The position numbers and the translations under genes were made by a program. DNA of 64,000 bases from Amoebophrya sp. A120 (taxonomy: Eukaryota > Protista > Dinoflagellata), in assembly GCA_905178155.1 (NCBI GenBank), contig CAJINV010000021.1, forward strand, positions 349,760-413,759, written 5' to 3'. Positions within the stretch are counted from its first letter, which is position 1. Each line of letters opens with the position of its first letter. Below, piece after piece: positions 27,101-39,900 of the stretch. A model generated the notes under the pieces. The model saw nothing but the letters and a program-made list of their open reading frames with translations. It had not been told where the DNA came from and did not search any database.

Positions 27101-28426
27101 GCAAATGAAGGGGAGGGGGATTTGTGCACTGTCATAGGGCAACCGGCTGAACCGGAAGGTGTTCGAGCGGCTCTACATCGACGCGTTGGACCGCATGGAA
27201 CGCGCCGCGCGGCTGAACCAGACGAAGCTGAACGAGCAGCGAAACAACTGGGAGATGATTTTGGGTGCGCGGGACCTGTACGGCGACAATTTCCTCCCCA
27301 CCGGGCGACCGCCCGCAAGCGACCACTTGATCGACGCGTTCCGGTCGCTTCCCGACCGGAGTCTGGTGGCCGCCTTACCCGCGGACGACTATTTGTACAT
27401 GTTCACCACCCCCCTTGGCGGCGCCACCGGCGGCAACGACTACGCCGGCGCCTACCAATACAGCACGATCGGGCACAGTAGCACACAATACGGAACAATG
27501 GGCGGGTATGATCCACAAAAAAGACCCATCTTGATCTTCCCCATTTGATTTGCCATGCATACATGCATCAAAGTAGCCTGTGTTTCTCATGCAAAAAATG
27601 GATCGGGTTCGGGATGGGTTTTTTTCCAGCCTATAACAGGTCCAGTTCCAGCTCGTCGACAACCATCAATCGGCGGCCGCGACTCCGGGCAACTCGGTCC
27701 CTGTCCCCGTCGGCGTTGCTGCTCGCGGCCGCCTCGGACTGGACGCCTCTGTCGCCGTCCGCGCGCGCACAACCACTATTACCCCCGGAAGAACGCCGGG
27801 AGCTGCGGACGAAGCGGCACATCATTTCCGCCGAAAACGAGTCCGCCACGGTCGCCTCCTCGACCACAGCCGGCGGCCATGCCACGATGTCGACAATCCA
27901 CGAGCAAAACCAGCAACACACGCGAACCATTGGGGGTTCCTCATCCAGTAGCTCCTCTTCGAGTCATGCGAACAAAAAGATGGCGTCGCGGACAACAAGC
28001 GGAGCTGCGAGGATGGTGGAGCGAACATCAAGATCACCGCCGATACGACTACCAATTCCCGCGAGTGCGACGATTTCCGCGAGCAGTGCTTTATCAAATC
28101 GTGAGCGGATTCCGGGTTCGATCAAGGTCGGATCCCCGAGGGCGCATTTGAACGCGATGATGGGCGACCGGCAAATGCACAGTCCCCGGACCGTGGCCGG
28201 GTTCGAGCGCAGCCCAAGCAGCGGCCCACGACCATCTTCGCCGACAAGAAGGTTCTTTACCTCGAGCAACGGGAAGAACCACGACTACAACGGCGAGGAC
28301 AATTCCAACTCGAGCGGGGTTGTCAACCTCACCCGGTTTGCGAATGCCGGCGACTCCATGTACTCCTCCCGGCACAAGCTGAAAAAACCCAGGTGTCAAC
28401 ACTGCGGACACAAATTGACGCATTAA
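21148..28426 (+). CDS. Large coiled-coil/low-complexity hypothetical protein with 8 introners and several canonical introns
   Basis: In-frame joins DDTVP|DWAS, KAE|HAAV, QNR|RASV, KARA|DLMQ, PGE|SYKI, DKWK|QDVE, SGG|NRLN, MGG|SSSS; E/K/L-rich heptad exons at 25357-26900. Confidence 0.72.
21565..21872. mobile_element. Introner, family D
   Basis: tatggatgtgtcaggtttgaaatcgtcaaagttgaaata / tatttcaactttgacgatttcaaacctgacgcttccata; flanks tgcct/tccct. Confidence 0.93.
21921..22076. mobile_element. Introner, family B
   Basis: tatgcattgcaaaagtatcgta / tacgatacttttgcacagaata; perfect direct repeat ggagc. Confidence 0.95.
23191..23501. mobile_element. Introner, family D (interior inverted relative to 8923, 16054, 21565)
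   Basis: tatggaagcgtcagg...cctgacactcccata; perfect direct repeat accgg. Confidence 0.95.
23551..23818. mobile_element. Introner, family A
   Basis: tatcaaatgtaaaaatgtctgggtctggaagaatgc / gcattcttccagacccagacatatctgcagttgata; perfect direct repeat cgcgc. Confidence 0.95.
24314..24565. mobile_element. Introner, family A
   Basis: tatcaactgtaaaaatgtctgggtctgg / ccagacccagacatttttacttttgata; perfect direct repeat cgaga. Confidence 0.95.
25201..25276. repeat. Two abutting perfect palindromes (14-bp and 23-bp arms, 1-nt spacers)
   Basis: ggccagtttttcta-t-tagaaaaactggcc (25201-25229) directly followed by tgtctgcatcatctttctatagt-t-actatagaaagatgatgcagaca (25230-25276). Confidence 0.95.
26525..26674. 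mobile_element. Introner, family B
   Basis: tatgaattgcaaaagcatcgtact / agtacgatacttttgcactggata; perfect direct repeat gaaac. Confidence 0.95.
26902..27136. mobile_element. Introner, family E (single copy here)
   Basis: tatgacagtgcgcaacccccccctccccctcatttg / caaatgaaggggagggggatttgtgcactgtcata; flanks cggca/gggca. Confidence 0.9.
27507..27635. mobile_element. Introner, family I (degenerate)
   Basis: tatgatccacaaaaaagacccatc...gatgggttttttccagcctata; resembles 61040-61154; flanks gcggg/acagg; join restores frame. Confidence 0.7.
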
Positions 28427-31348
28427 CTGTTGTACCAACTAAGTACCTACTGAGCGGATGTGGAGTTGTACCAGCAGTAGGCGTAGTAGTTCAGTGAAGA
28501 TGGTGAAAACCTTACTGGTGACGAGTATAGGATACGTCTTGTTCTCAAATTGCATCTACTGTAGTTGTAAAATTGATTTCACTTCTCAAATTTAACATCG
28601 AAAAGCAAAAGTGCATTTGCCTTTTCTGCGAAATAAATCCAACGTATAGATAACCTGAGTTCATGGTAAAGGTTGAATAATTGTGATTGTCAATGTACAA
28701 TAAGCAACTGTGCGAGTGAAGCCTTGCTTTGCTGCGTACTAGCATGAAACAATGTATTGGCCTTCTTGTTTTGCTATATTCTGTTTCATTACAACCATGT
28801 ACACCGACTGTCGTGTAACAGCGTGCAATGTTTCCATTCCAATATCAACGAAGCAACAGTCTGACTGACAGAAACAATTCTGGTTCATCGAAAAGCAAGT
28901 GTCGACGTAATCCACCGAGATCATGGCTGCGGTACCTATTCAAGCCTATGTAGTGGTTGAAACTACGAATGCGATGTAAGCAATGTGTTGGCTATTGTGG
29001 CCGTTGTATTTTATTTTCGACATCAAAGCTGCTGCAAGTTGGCAGTGAGCTGAGTACCTGCGGGCAGGCAGTTCGGATCTTGAAAAACACGACTATGCAA
29101 GTGTTCCTCTTTTTCCGTCTTTTCTTCCTTCAGTTGGCGAAGCCGTTGTGTGCACGACCTCCTCCATGACCGAGTATCTGTACAACGGCAGCCGGAATAA
29201 AAGCACAGGGGCGCGAAGGCGTTGCCCTTTGGCCGAACTGCAGAAGTGTGAGGACGCCGGCGACGCCGGCGGCAACTGCTTCGGTCGCCTACCTTCGCCC
29301 CTAATAAACGAGCCCCAAGGCCGCCGGGCGTTTTGGGGCCGTCCGTGCCCCTCCGCGCAAGTTTGGCGGGCTGCCCGTGCACCACTTGCCCCGCGGGTCC
29401 CAGAGAAAACAAAGGGCCGCGGCGTTTGCCTGCTAGCTACCCGCCGGCGCGTTTGTGTGTGCCAGGCCGGGCCCCTGGTTGTCGGCTATGTGGCGCCGAA
29501 GCGGTCGGGGATCTGTGTGAACGCTATAGACAAGGCCTCCGAGCGGTGCGAAACCAATGCGGGCCGCAGCTGACGCGTGTCTGGCTCTGGGCTTGGCAAC
29601 CTGAAGGGGGACCCGCGTGGCAGGTTCGCGGGGCCCCACTTGGCGGCTGCCTCGCGACGCCGGGGGCTTGCGGCCAGGTATCCGGGAAGGGTGGGCCAGC
29701 GGTTGTGGCCCGCTGCGCTTTGTGATCGCGCCGGCGCCCGGGTTTGCATGCAGGAATGAGATGCCGAGCGCGACAAATCGCACGCCGCTGGCGGGCTGGC
29801 GTCTCGTCATTCTTTCTGTGGCGGCCAGCGAGGGCGCCCATTGCAGGCTGGCGCGCGCGGGCCGAAGCTTGGCGCCGGGCGGGGCTTGCCTTCGTACGTT
29901 CTGCCCGCCGCGCGCCGGCCCCCGCTCGCAGGCTGGCACCGCTCGCGCGCCGCCCCGGGTGGGTGGTGCGATCCCCTCGCCGGCGCGACACGCGCTCGCC
30001 AGCCAGCGCCATCGGCGGCGCCCGCGTGCGTCCATGCGTGGAGGCGCGTGGCGGCGCTCGCCGATCCATCCTTCAGCGAACCGCCGGCGCCCTCCTGCCG
30101 CCCGCGCGCGATTCGTGGGAAAGCCAGCGACAGGACAAATTTACTGCGCGAAGGCCGGCAGCAATGAAATGGCGGCGCAGGTTCGTCCTTTGTGGTGGCT
30201 CGGATTACCGCGGGGAGAATTTCGGCGGAGGGCGCAAGCCTGCCCGCCGAAGCCCGCCTCTGCAAGCGTGCCGGCCCCTCGGGGCGGGCGGATTGCGTCC
30301 GCGCGCCCCCCGCCTCGCTCGCGGGCGCCGGCCGGCCGCAGCTTGCCCGGTGGCGTGGCCAAACCCCCCCCCGCCTCGCTCTTTGGCCGGGCCGGGGGGC
30401 CCACAGACACCCCGCCCCAGAGGCAGGCGCGCGGGCGTTGGTGTGCCGTGTTCCCTCCGGGGCCGAGCGGCTGACCCGCCCCCGCCTGGTGGCGGTGCAT
30501 GGCGCGTGTGTGGCGGGTGTGATTCGGGTCCGGCTTCATTCGAAAAGCCCCCCTCACATGGGGGCAGGAGGCCTTTGCGCCAGTCCACGGACGGACGCAC
30601 GCGGTGGCGCGCGCCCCCCGGTTGCAAAGCCCACCTCGGGGCCGCGGTCATGTCGCGTCGGCAGCCGGTATTCCCAGGAATCGTGGGCGTCGGTGTGTCG
30701 CGCTCATGCATAATTGCGACTGTGAGTCCAATTGTCATTGCTTTTTGTGGCGGAGGTGTTGGCCCGTCTTTCTCCGAGTTAGGATAGCGCCATGATATTA
30801 TGGCCCGTCCTTGTCATTGTTGCTACGTGCAAGCACGTGCCGCCCTGGCGGGTATACGCGGAGACCGCGTGCCGGGCCTGCCTGTGTTCGTGCCTGTGAG
30901 ATCGAAAGCTGCTAACCCTGGACAGTAGAGAGATCCGAGGAGAAAACCTGCTTTCCGGAGTAGTCTAGAAGTCAGTGTCAGAGTGCCTGTAGTTTCTAAA
31001 GTTGTAAGTAGCTTTGTGGCCACCTTCTGATTCGCTCATTCGATTAACACAGCACAGAGAGAAACCACATGTCCGTATTCTTAATGTTGGTGCAGCAGCT
31101 ACAATCGCGAGGTCATTCTCACCTTGTTCAGGTAGATGTTTAGTTGATGTAGTCTGTCTGTGCTTCTTTCTACGGTAGAAGTGTTTCTTGCACGGCGTGA
31201 TCCGGTCGTTTACGGAGCAAGACTCGACGTGCAGCACAGCTAGCCCCGGAGTCTCTTCGTTCACGTCACGTCCTCTCTTCTTAGCCGCTGCCACCTCGTG
31301 CGCCTATTCAAAAGCCCCAGAACCAGCACAAGGTCTATTTCTGCCTTA

Positions 31349-32907
31349 ATGGGCGCTATCAACGCAACCTGCCTTCCCGCCTGTGTCCCGTCCCAGGCGC
31401 CCGCGGAGTGCGATGCGTGCGGCCCGAAGCAGCGCGACACACGGGACCTGCGCGCCGAACCGCGACGGCCCTCGTCCTGCGGGCCCTTCGAGTGCGGCGC
31501 CTTCAGGGAGCCCGTAGCCTTCAAGGCCTTTGTGTCTGCGAGGGAAGCACGCATAGAGGCCAACCGCCTCTGGCGACTCGGGCGGATGGATGCCGCTTAC
31601 GACGCGTTTAGCCAGGCACTCACCATGGTTGAAGGGAGCTCATCTAGTGCGAGTGGTGGGGTCTTGGATTTGTCCTCCATAAATGGCGGATCAGGATCAC
31701 CCTCCAGGAGCAGCCAACTCGCTGCCGCGACAAGCGCAACGGCCGTCGCACCGGGGTCAACGTCGCTGCCCGGGGGAGCACGCATTGATCCAGCGGCGAA
31801 CGCAGAAGAGGTAGAGAACATTCTCACCTACATCTTGTGGCCCCCTTCACTGGTGTAGGTCTTCACGGTGTGCTGGTACTATTCAAACAACTGGAGGTTT
31901 TTATCACACCATGCGTCTTCTGATACTTTCTTACTTCAAGAACACACGACATGTTTAATATGTTTTTATTTGTCCAAAATTTTTATCAGGTTCAAATCGA
32001 CCCCACATCACTGTCCACCACCTACGATGCGACGTTCCAAGCGGAACTTTTTGACGAGCTCGCGGATTTTCTATTTGAGAACCACCCCAACCCGGATCCC
32101 GCGATAGCGTTGTACGACAAAGCCGCCCACGCCGAACCCACCGTGCCTCTGCGGTGGTACAAGAAGGGCGTGGCACTGCAAATGCAGAGCAAGTACAACC
32201 TCGCCCAGCAAAACTTCGAAAAGGCGCTGGCCATCGACCCCAAGCACCGGGGGGCGCGGTTCAATCTAGGTGTGGTCCATTTCAACACCGTGCAGTACAC
32301 GACGGCGCTCGAGATGTTTACGGGGTTGTACGAGGAGGCCGAGAAACTACTAGCAACTCAGGCAACAGCAACATCCTCAACAAGCGCCGGGACGATATTA
32401 GCAAGTCAGGCCGTCAGTAACTGGGGCGGCCCCGGTGCGGATACGGGGGGTAGCAGCACCTCGCGAATAAATGGTAACACAAACACGGGATCACCGGTTA
32501 TAGATTTGGAGACTGCACTGCAGACCAGTGCGGCACGTGGTCGTGGAGGTGCTACTAACACGACTTCTACCCCGGGCGCCAGCGCTAGAACATCAATGCC
32601 GGCGACTTCCCGAAACACCAATGCAAACACCGTGAATATCGACGAACTGGTGAACCTGCTAATTCTGATTGCCGACTGCCACGAGAAGCTTGAGAGTCCG
32701 CAGAAGGCCGCGGAGTTTTTGCACAAGGCACTGCAGGCCGATCCGCAAAACCGCACGGCCGCGAAACAACTGGAAGACATTCAAGACCGGTTGGCGCCTC
32801 CCGGCGATCTCCGGGGCCGGAGCAGCCCGCATAGGCGAAGAACCACCGGCGCGGGACACATTCTGCTCGACGCAGAAACCGTCACGGTCGGCTGTTATTC
32901 ATACTAG
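31349..32907 (+). CDS. Tetratricopeptide-repeat (TPR) protein
   Basis: Two exons (GT-AG intron 31811-31989, EE|VQID); TPR motifs WYKKGVALQMQSKYNLAQQNFEKALAIDP, ARFNLGVVHF, AAEFLHKALQADPQN. Confidence 0.85.
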
Positions 32908-33942
32908 GTGTGGAGGAAGTTTTGGAATGTTGAACAAGTGATGCGTGATGAATACCTGCAACCGCAAAGTGGAAGTGGATCTATCTTGTTGCAACGTGAA
33001 CAAATTTTCTTTCACTGACGCAGTCCTCAAGTCGTAAGACCATGTATGAAGATAGTTGAAGTCGTAGATGCAGCGAAAGCGGACACCAGCTCGTCGGAGC
33101 AGTTAAATCCATGAGTAGCAACATCTTCGTACAACTTCTACACAGTGGCGCGTATGACAAACAGAAAATAACGATGAGAAGCAGCTCATGGCCTGCTTTG
33201 TGCAAGCAGCGAGATTGACCTCGGCGCCCGGGCGTCGTGCGGCTGTGGGATTTTTTTCGTGACAGGAAGATACAGAGATACTGAAATCCAAATCAGCGAC
33301 TTTATTAGCAACATCGTCACATCCCCTCGTCAAAATGTCGTTGAACATGATAGATTCGTACAATATCGTCGCCCACCCCCCACGCTCCTTCACCAGGAAA
33401 AGGAATGTTAGCATTATGAATTTTATCACGTCGACACTTCTTTCATCCTCCTCGTAACATATCGGTCCGGAATTCGTCCGCTCGCGATTGCATTCGGTCG
33501 TCGGAAATGGGCCGTTGGAGTAGAAGTAAATCCATTATTGTGATCGTTGTCATGTTTTGTTCCTTCTCTTCGTGTCACTATGTTCAATTTCCATCAGCTG
33601 ATCTCCGTAGTGTTTTGCAACTTTCGCTCAATACTTCGCGATTGTCCTCGTTTCGCTGGGTCGTTCGTCGCTGTCCAAGTGTTTCAAATCGCATAAGTTC
33701 TTGTGCACGTGCTGATACTCATCGTCATCGTTTTTATTAACCTAACCATGATTGTCGCGGTCTTTAGTTTTACACGGTTGCAGTTCTTGTTGTCCAGTGA
33801 AACAAGTAGATGTAGGTGAATGTTGGAGTTTGAAATTCCCATACCGCGCTTCACGTTCCCCTTTCTTGTGACCTTAGTTTGGGTCCAGCCTATGTCGCTT
33901 GCGACCACGTACTAGTTGTAGACATACAGGAAAATAAAAATT

Positions 33943-36900
33943 ATGATGGGTGTTGCAAGAACGTCAAAAAATCTTCCGCCACTGGCGGTCGCTACTTCCA
34001 TCATCTTCATCTGCCAGCACAGCTATGTCAGGGCTTTGAGCTACCAACCTTCCTCACTCCCTGGAGGTGACATCAGCGGGCAAGAAAAACCACAAGACGC
34101 AGCAGATGTGCTGACCACGCCCCGACTACGCGGCGGAGCTGGTACCGGGACAGCGGATCGCGTTTTAGTGGCGCCTTACGAGGCCGCGGACTACCAGCAG
34201 GAGGTGGAGTATGCCCAAGATGGCGACGCTGCGTTTTCCCCGGAGTCGGCACTGCTCGAGGCCGTGCCGGTGGACCTACTCGCTGGCTTTTTCGGGAATC
34301 GGGGAGGTCAAGCACCAATCTGGGTGCCGGGACTGTATAGCGTTCTCAAACGTTTTTACACTCTCAGCTGTAGTTACACGGATAATGTGTCACGCAAAAC
34401 TACCTGAAGCCGCCAAATGAGCAAGCTGCTTCGCATGACAAATTTATGAAGGGCTAAAAAACACGTATCTAAATCAGTGCCAAATCAAGCTTCCCCCTTC
34501 GACTGTAACTGTTGCTGTCCTTGCATTACATGCAACATATCATTATCATGTAACAGTTGAGAATGTATTAATAACGTTTGAGAACGCCATAAAATGCCAC
34601 CAGGCTTGGAGGGGTTGCTTCTGCGGCAGGCAGCAGGAAGCGGGGCTCCACAGGTCGTTCATATGTCGTTTGTATTTGATAGGGTTTGACTTCCTTTACT
34701 GCAGCAGATCTGTACGTTTCTTGTCCATTCTTTTTTTTTTTGATTTGCACGACCGTGGACAAAGAACGCTGCGGCCACCGTGTCGTGTAGTGCTGCCGAC
34801 GCTCGTGCTTTTTTGCTGCTACAATTCCTGCGACCATTGCACGACGAATATTAGAACGCAGTTTTTTTACTATCTTGGGTTGTATGTTCTTGCAACTACA
34901 CGGAACCTACACCAAGATGAAGATCAAAGTCATTATCATTAAAAATAAAAATGCACGAGAATTATAGCAGTTATGCTTTGGCGAGGCTTCGGCTTCGGCT
35001 TCTCTCGACTTCTAAAGCAGAAAGCTATAGCTAAAGGACAGAACTAGAAGTTCCACCAGCTCTGCTGGTAGTTGTTGGCTGTAGTTACCGTCACGTGCGA
35101 AGACCATGTTGGAAAGCCAAATTGTTTTACTCCACTACAGGTTGCAGCCTTCGATCCGCGGGTGCACCACCAATGCAAGCAGCTGGACGAACAAGGCCAC
35201 TTCGGTATGCAGCTGACAAAATTGTGTACCAGCCCCAGCATAGTCTGTCAGCAAGATAGGAATTATATTGCTACACAGGTCAAGCAACTTGAACTTGCAA
35301 CTTGTGAAGCCCCTCCCGCCATGACAGCCTACTGCTTGTGAGTAGGTAAGTTGGCCGTAGCGCAATCACAAACTCACCGATCTCCTATGTTAATTAGAGC
35401 AGGAAAACTTTGAGAACACTTCAGCGAAGACAGATCTGGCCTGCTGGGTAGGGGTACTACGTTTTTACCTTGGATTTTCTGCCCGGAAACGACAACGGGA
35501 CTCGACGACGTTACGGCGCTGAACGAGATGGCGAAGAAGCAGAACCCCGCGATGCGGCACATGCCCGACCTGAGCGCGCTCGCCTTGAGCGTATCAAGTG
35601 AAAAAAGTGTCTGGGTCTGGAAGAATACAAACTTGTGATGCGCATTTCAGAACACAGAAAAATCCTTCATGCATAGGCAGCAAAAGTTGCCCACTTTCTG
35701 TCACCAAAATCAGGGATTTGTCATGCGGATTCGGCATTGCGAACGCTTCTCGAAACCTGTGATGCTAGAGCTTCCACGCCAGACCTTCTGCGTCATGCAA
35801 AAACAGCGCGACTCTTCCAGACCCAGACACTTTTGCAGTTGATAGAGCGTCGGGAGTACCCATGCCTACGTCGTACACACCGGCGTTATGCGCGCGCTGG
35901 TGCGGCAGCGCGATTACGAGCTAGTGCAAGGGCCGCTTACGACTACCGACGCCGCTATCCTGGAAAACCGATGGGGCACCGATTTCATCCTCAAATCCTA
36001 CCCCGCGTACGTGTTCGGCGCTTCAGGCGGATCTTGGTTCTTGAGCGCGTTTTTCTACAGCAGCGAAGAGAACAACTCGGATCAAAGTCTGTTGGACGGG
36101 GACGAATTTGGAGTGCTTTACGGGCGGGATCTGCAGCCCAGTTTTACCGACCCGGCTACCGTGTGGAGCGCGTTCACGCAGCGTCACGGCGCCGGACCAC
36201 TACACGACTCCAAGCACGTCCTGAAGACGGGCGCGGGCGTGCTCGACCTGTTTCTCACCACCTCGCACCAGCAGGGGCTAGACGGCACGGGGCGCGAGAT
36301 GTCCGCCGACATGCTGATGGAGGTTTTCATGAATGCGAAAAAGTACGGCGGCCTGGCCCGCGTGTGGGCCAACTTTGTGCACCGCACGTACTTCCAGGGG
36401 CTAGAGCAAACCACCGACCCCACCGCGGTGCTGCCGCTCTTTGAATTTTCCGCGCCGCCGGACCAACTGCTGCGCAACAACACCCTGCTGCCGTACGTGA
36501 TCACGACCGTGACGTTGATGCGCGACATGGACTGCGCGCACCACTCCTGCAGAGACGACATGCCCTTCCTCGTGCAAGAGCACACCCCCTACGGGGTCGG
36601 GCAGCCGAACCTCGGTGACAACGAGGGCATCTACGGCTTTTTCCCAAGGCAGTGCCTGCAGCTCACCGCGGCCCCCCGGCTGGCCTACCGGCACATGACG
36701 CCGGCCTGGTCCGCCGCCTGGTCGTCGACTGTGCTGTCCGGACCGGTGGACGGACTGGTCCACAAAATCAATAGCCCCTTCTATCCTGAGTAAAAACGTC
36801 CCCACCTCCCCATAGTCCTCAAGATGCAAAAAAATCTGCTACGCAAATCCCTAAGCTTTGGCTGTCGCGCATGAGAAATTTTTTGGGTTCGCAGTGTAGT

Positions 36901-39900
36901 CGTGTTTGGCTAGTGCAGCGGCATCACAGATCCGCTTTGTCATGCTGATTCGAGCATCGCAAAGAAATCTCAAGTCACCACTAGAAAACGCCTCTCATGT
37001 GTCTCCGCATGAGACAGAGCGCTTTCCTTTTATTTGCGCACGCAGATTTGCATTACAACTTTGGGCCTGGGGCGGGGGCGGGGACGTTTTTACACAGGAT
37101 ACTTTCATCCGGGCCATGGCGAAAGACCTGCCAAAAATTATCACACAGAAATAAGCTGGCAGGGCATATTTGTATATGCAAAAATAAATACACAAAAAAA
37201 TCTGCGCTGCATATCCGAAACAGCATGCTATGGGGCCACCCATGACAAATTTCTGTGTGTGTTTATTTTTGCATTACAAATGTGCCCTGCCCGCTTTTTT
37301 CTCTGGGATAAAAATGCTCACCTACACCGTTCAGACTGCGGAAAACTCAGGTATGATTCCGGACTTTTCAGTATCACGTTTTCCACTTTGGTGAAGCTTC
37401 TATAGTTTAAAAAAAAATCCGATGCTTTGATGTTTTATTTGTGTGTGGCGGATCGATGGAAAAAGCTTGGTCTACTACTTCCAGGTTTTGAAAGCGGTGC
37501 TTCGTTCTCGGGTTGTTGTACTTCTAGATCAACTTAACAAAACATACAAGCAAGGTCAATATGTAAAAACGCAACAAATAACAAAGCGAGCAACACGACT
37601 GCCACCTCTAGATACTCCTTCAATTGCGGAGGCAAACCGGTTATGCATTGCAAAAGCATCGTACTAATACAAATCGCAATACAAGTTTTTTCAGAAGGAA
37701 AAATGGAGTTTGTAATGCTGATGTTACTAAGAAACAAGATTTGTCATGCATGGTTTTTTTTTTTTCATTGGGCCCCGCTATTTTTCGCATATAAATTCAT
37801 CACTAAAGCTAGGAGGATTTGTCATGCATGATTGCAATTAGTACGAGTACGATACTTTTGCAATTCATATCGGTACCTAGTCGGGGACGGGGGGAATGCG
37901 GATTCTACCAGCGTCCCGACCGCGTTGCGGCGCGGCATGAAACGTATTGTCGCAGTGCTCGCAATATCAAATACAATTGTATCGTACTAGAACTAGTATG
38001 AATGCATTACAAATTTCCTCAGCATGAGAAATAGAATTTGTAATGCGGATGTATCTTAACAAAAAAATTTGCAATGCATGATTGCAATACGAGTGTCATA
38101 CATTTGCAAAGCATACGCAAACGACGGCGGATTGAATGCGGATTTGCACGGGTACGCGAATCTGTCGGAGAGCCAGAAACGTCCCATCGAGAATTGGAGC
38201 TACTCCTCCTGCGACGAGGAACTGGTGCAGCAGGTGCCCTATCAACTGCAAATGTGTCTAGCTCTGGACGAAGGATCCAGCTTGTGATGCTGTCTTTGGA
38301 TTCTAAAAAAATCTGTAAGTATTGGATGACCAGCAAGAGGAATCCAGTTTGTGCTACGTGAAAAGGGTCTCCCTCATGCGGACTAGACATCAGGAAGCTT
38401 TTTCAAAATCTGTGATGCTAGGGCAGGCATTTCAGGCGTCACGGTTCATGCAAGATATGCCTGACAAACCTGGCAATACCAATATTATTCCAGACGCAGA
38501 CATATTTGCACTCCATATGCCCATCAGTCTGCGGGCCTTGTTTGGTTACACCGACAATCACGTGGATCCGAACACGAGCGAGTCTGAAAAGCTGGTATTT
38601 ATTTTTTGTCAATGTCATGCAGTAGCAGTACTACTATCGTATCTCTGGCCGCTCCTGGTGCTGGTGGTCATGGTATCTATAATTAATCACAAATTAATTT
38701 TAATACTTGTTCAACAATGTTGAAGATGGTGCCTTCATCCACTATTGGCTTTTCAATTTCAATTTTGCATAGTAGCGAATTTTTGACGGACCACGATGAC
38801 GACGATGATCACGCCGCCACGGAGGTAGTTTTTCTGCGAAGGCGAAGATGAACAAATGTTGAAATATGAAAATCAAAATTCTTTTATAATTCAGTTTGAG
38901 AAGTTCGGCATGGTCTACACGAAAAACCAAGTTTTCGCCAAGGCTGACCTTTGTCCCGTGGTCCGCTGGCTCGTCGCGATCCGAGAAAAGAATGGCTACG
39001 TCGCGACCTTCGAACTCACCACGGTCCGAAACGACCACTTTGGGATTCCAGAGGGACACGTCGTGGTGATCACCTTCATGATAGGCAGTACAAACTTCCC
39101 GATCACCCCCCCCGTGCATGATCTACAACATGAACGAAATGCATCACAAATTTCGCCAAAAAACTTGGCGCATGCTTTGTCACTTGTTATGCTGAACAGG
39201 CTCGAAAAGGCCGGTTTTGTCATGCAGAAACAGCATTGCAAACGTAGTACAGGAAATTTTTTACTGTGGATACATGCTGCTGTTCCACATTTTGCCCCCC
39301 GCGCCGACCCAGGGGGCTCTGAATCTCGCCGTGCCGCCCGGCTACGCGGCTTGGTTCCAGCGCGGTGGCATCGGCGACCAAATCGAAACCTTCCCCGTCG
39401 ACGTCTCGGGCGACCGAGACAGCAAAGACGAACGTACAACGTGGTGCTTCAAAAATTTAATTTTTATTTGTGGTCTCATTAGATATAGTTATAGATTTGA
39501 ATTTGAAACAGAAACGCGGAACTACCTTTAAGAAAAGCGAGCTGCACGATCCTTTTGCAATGCATAAAATCAAAAATAAATATAAAACGCAGGCGGTGAA
39601 GAGATGCGAAAGGGCATGGCCGCTCAGATCTTTGAAGATTCTGACGAGGCCGCGGCCGACAAATTGGGAGGAGCGCCGGAGGATCCTCAGACACAGGCTG
39701 CACACGCGGCGATGGAACGCATCCGCCTTGTTCCGCAAGAAAACCTGCCGAAAATCCAGATGCAGCTGCACGCCGCCACCAGCGTATCCAGGGAAAAAAC
39801 TGTAAGTGTAACTCTGTAGGAAGAGGAGCATCACAAATTCGTTTTGCATTACAGGGGAAACCTGTGATGCGCAGCTACTACGTGGAAACGCGTATGAACA

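Noticed and set aside
29148-30795. Overlapping 100-350 aa ORFs on both strands
   Set aside because: Expected from stop-codon scarcity in very GC-rich DNA; Arg/Ala/Pro/Gly-rich with no domain. Same for 58993-60201.
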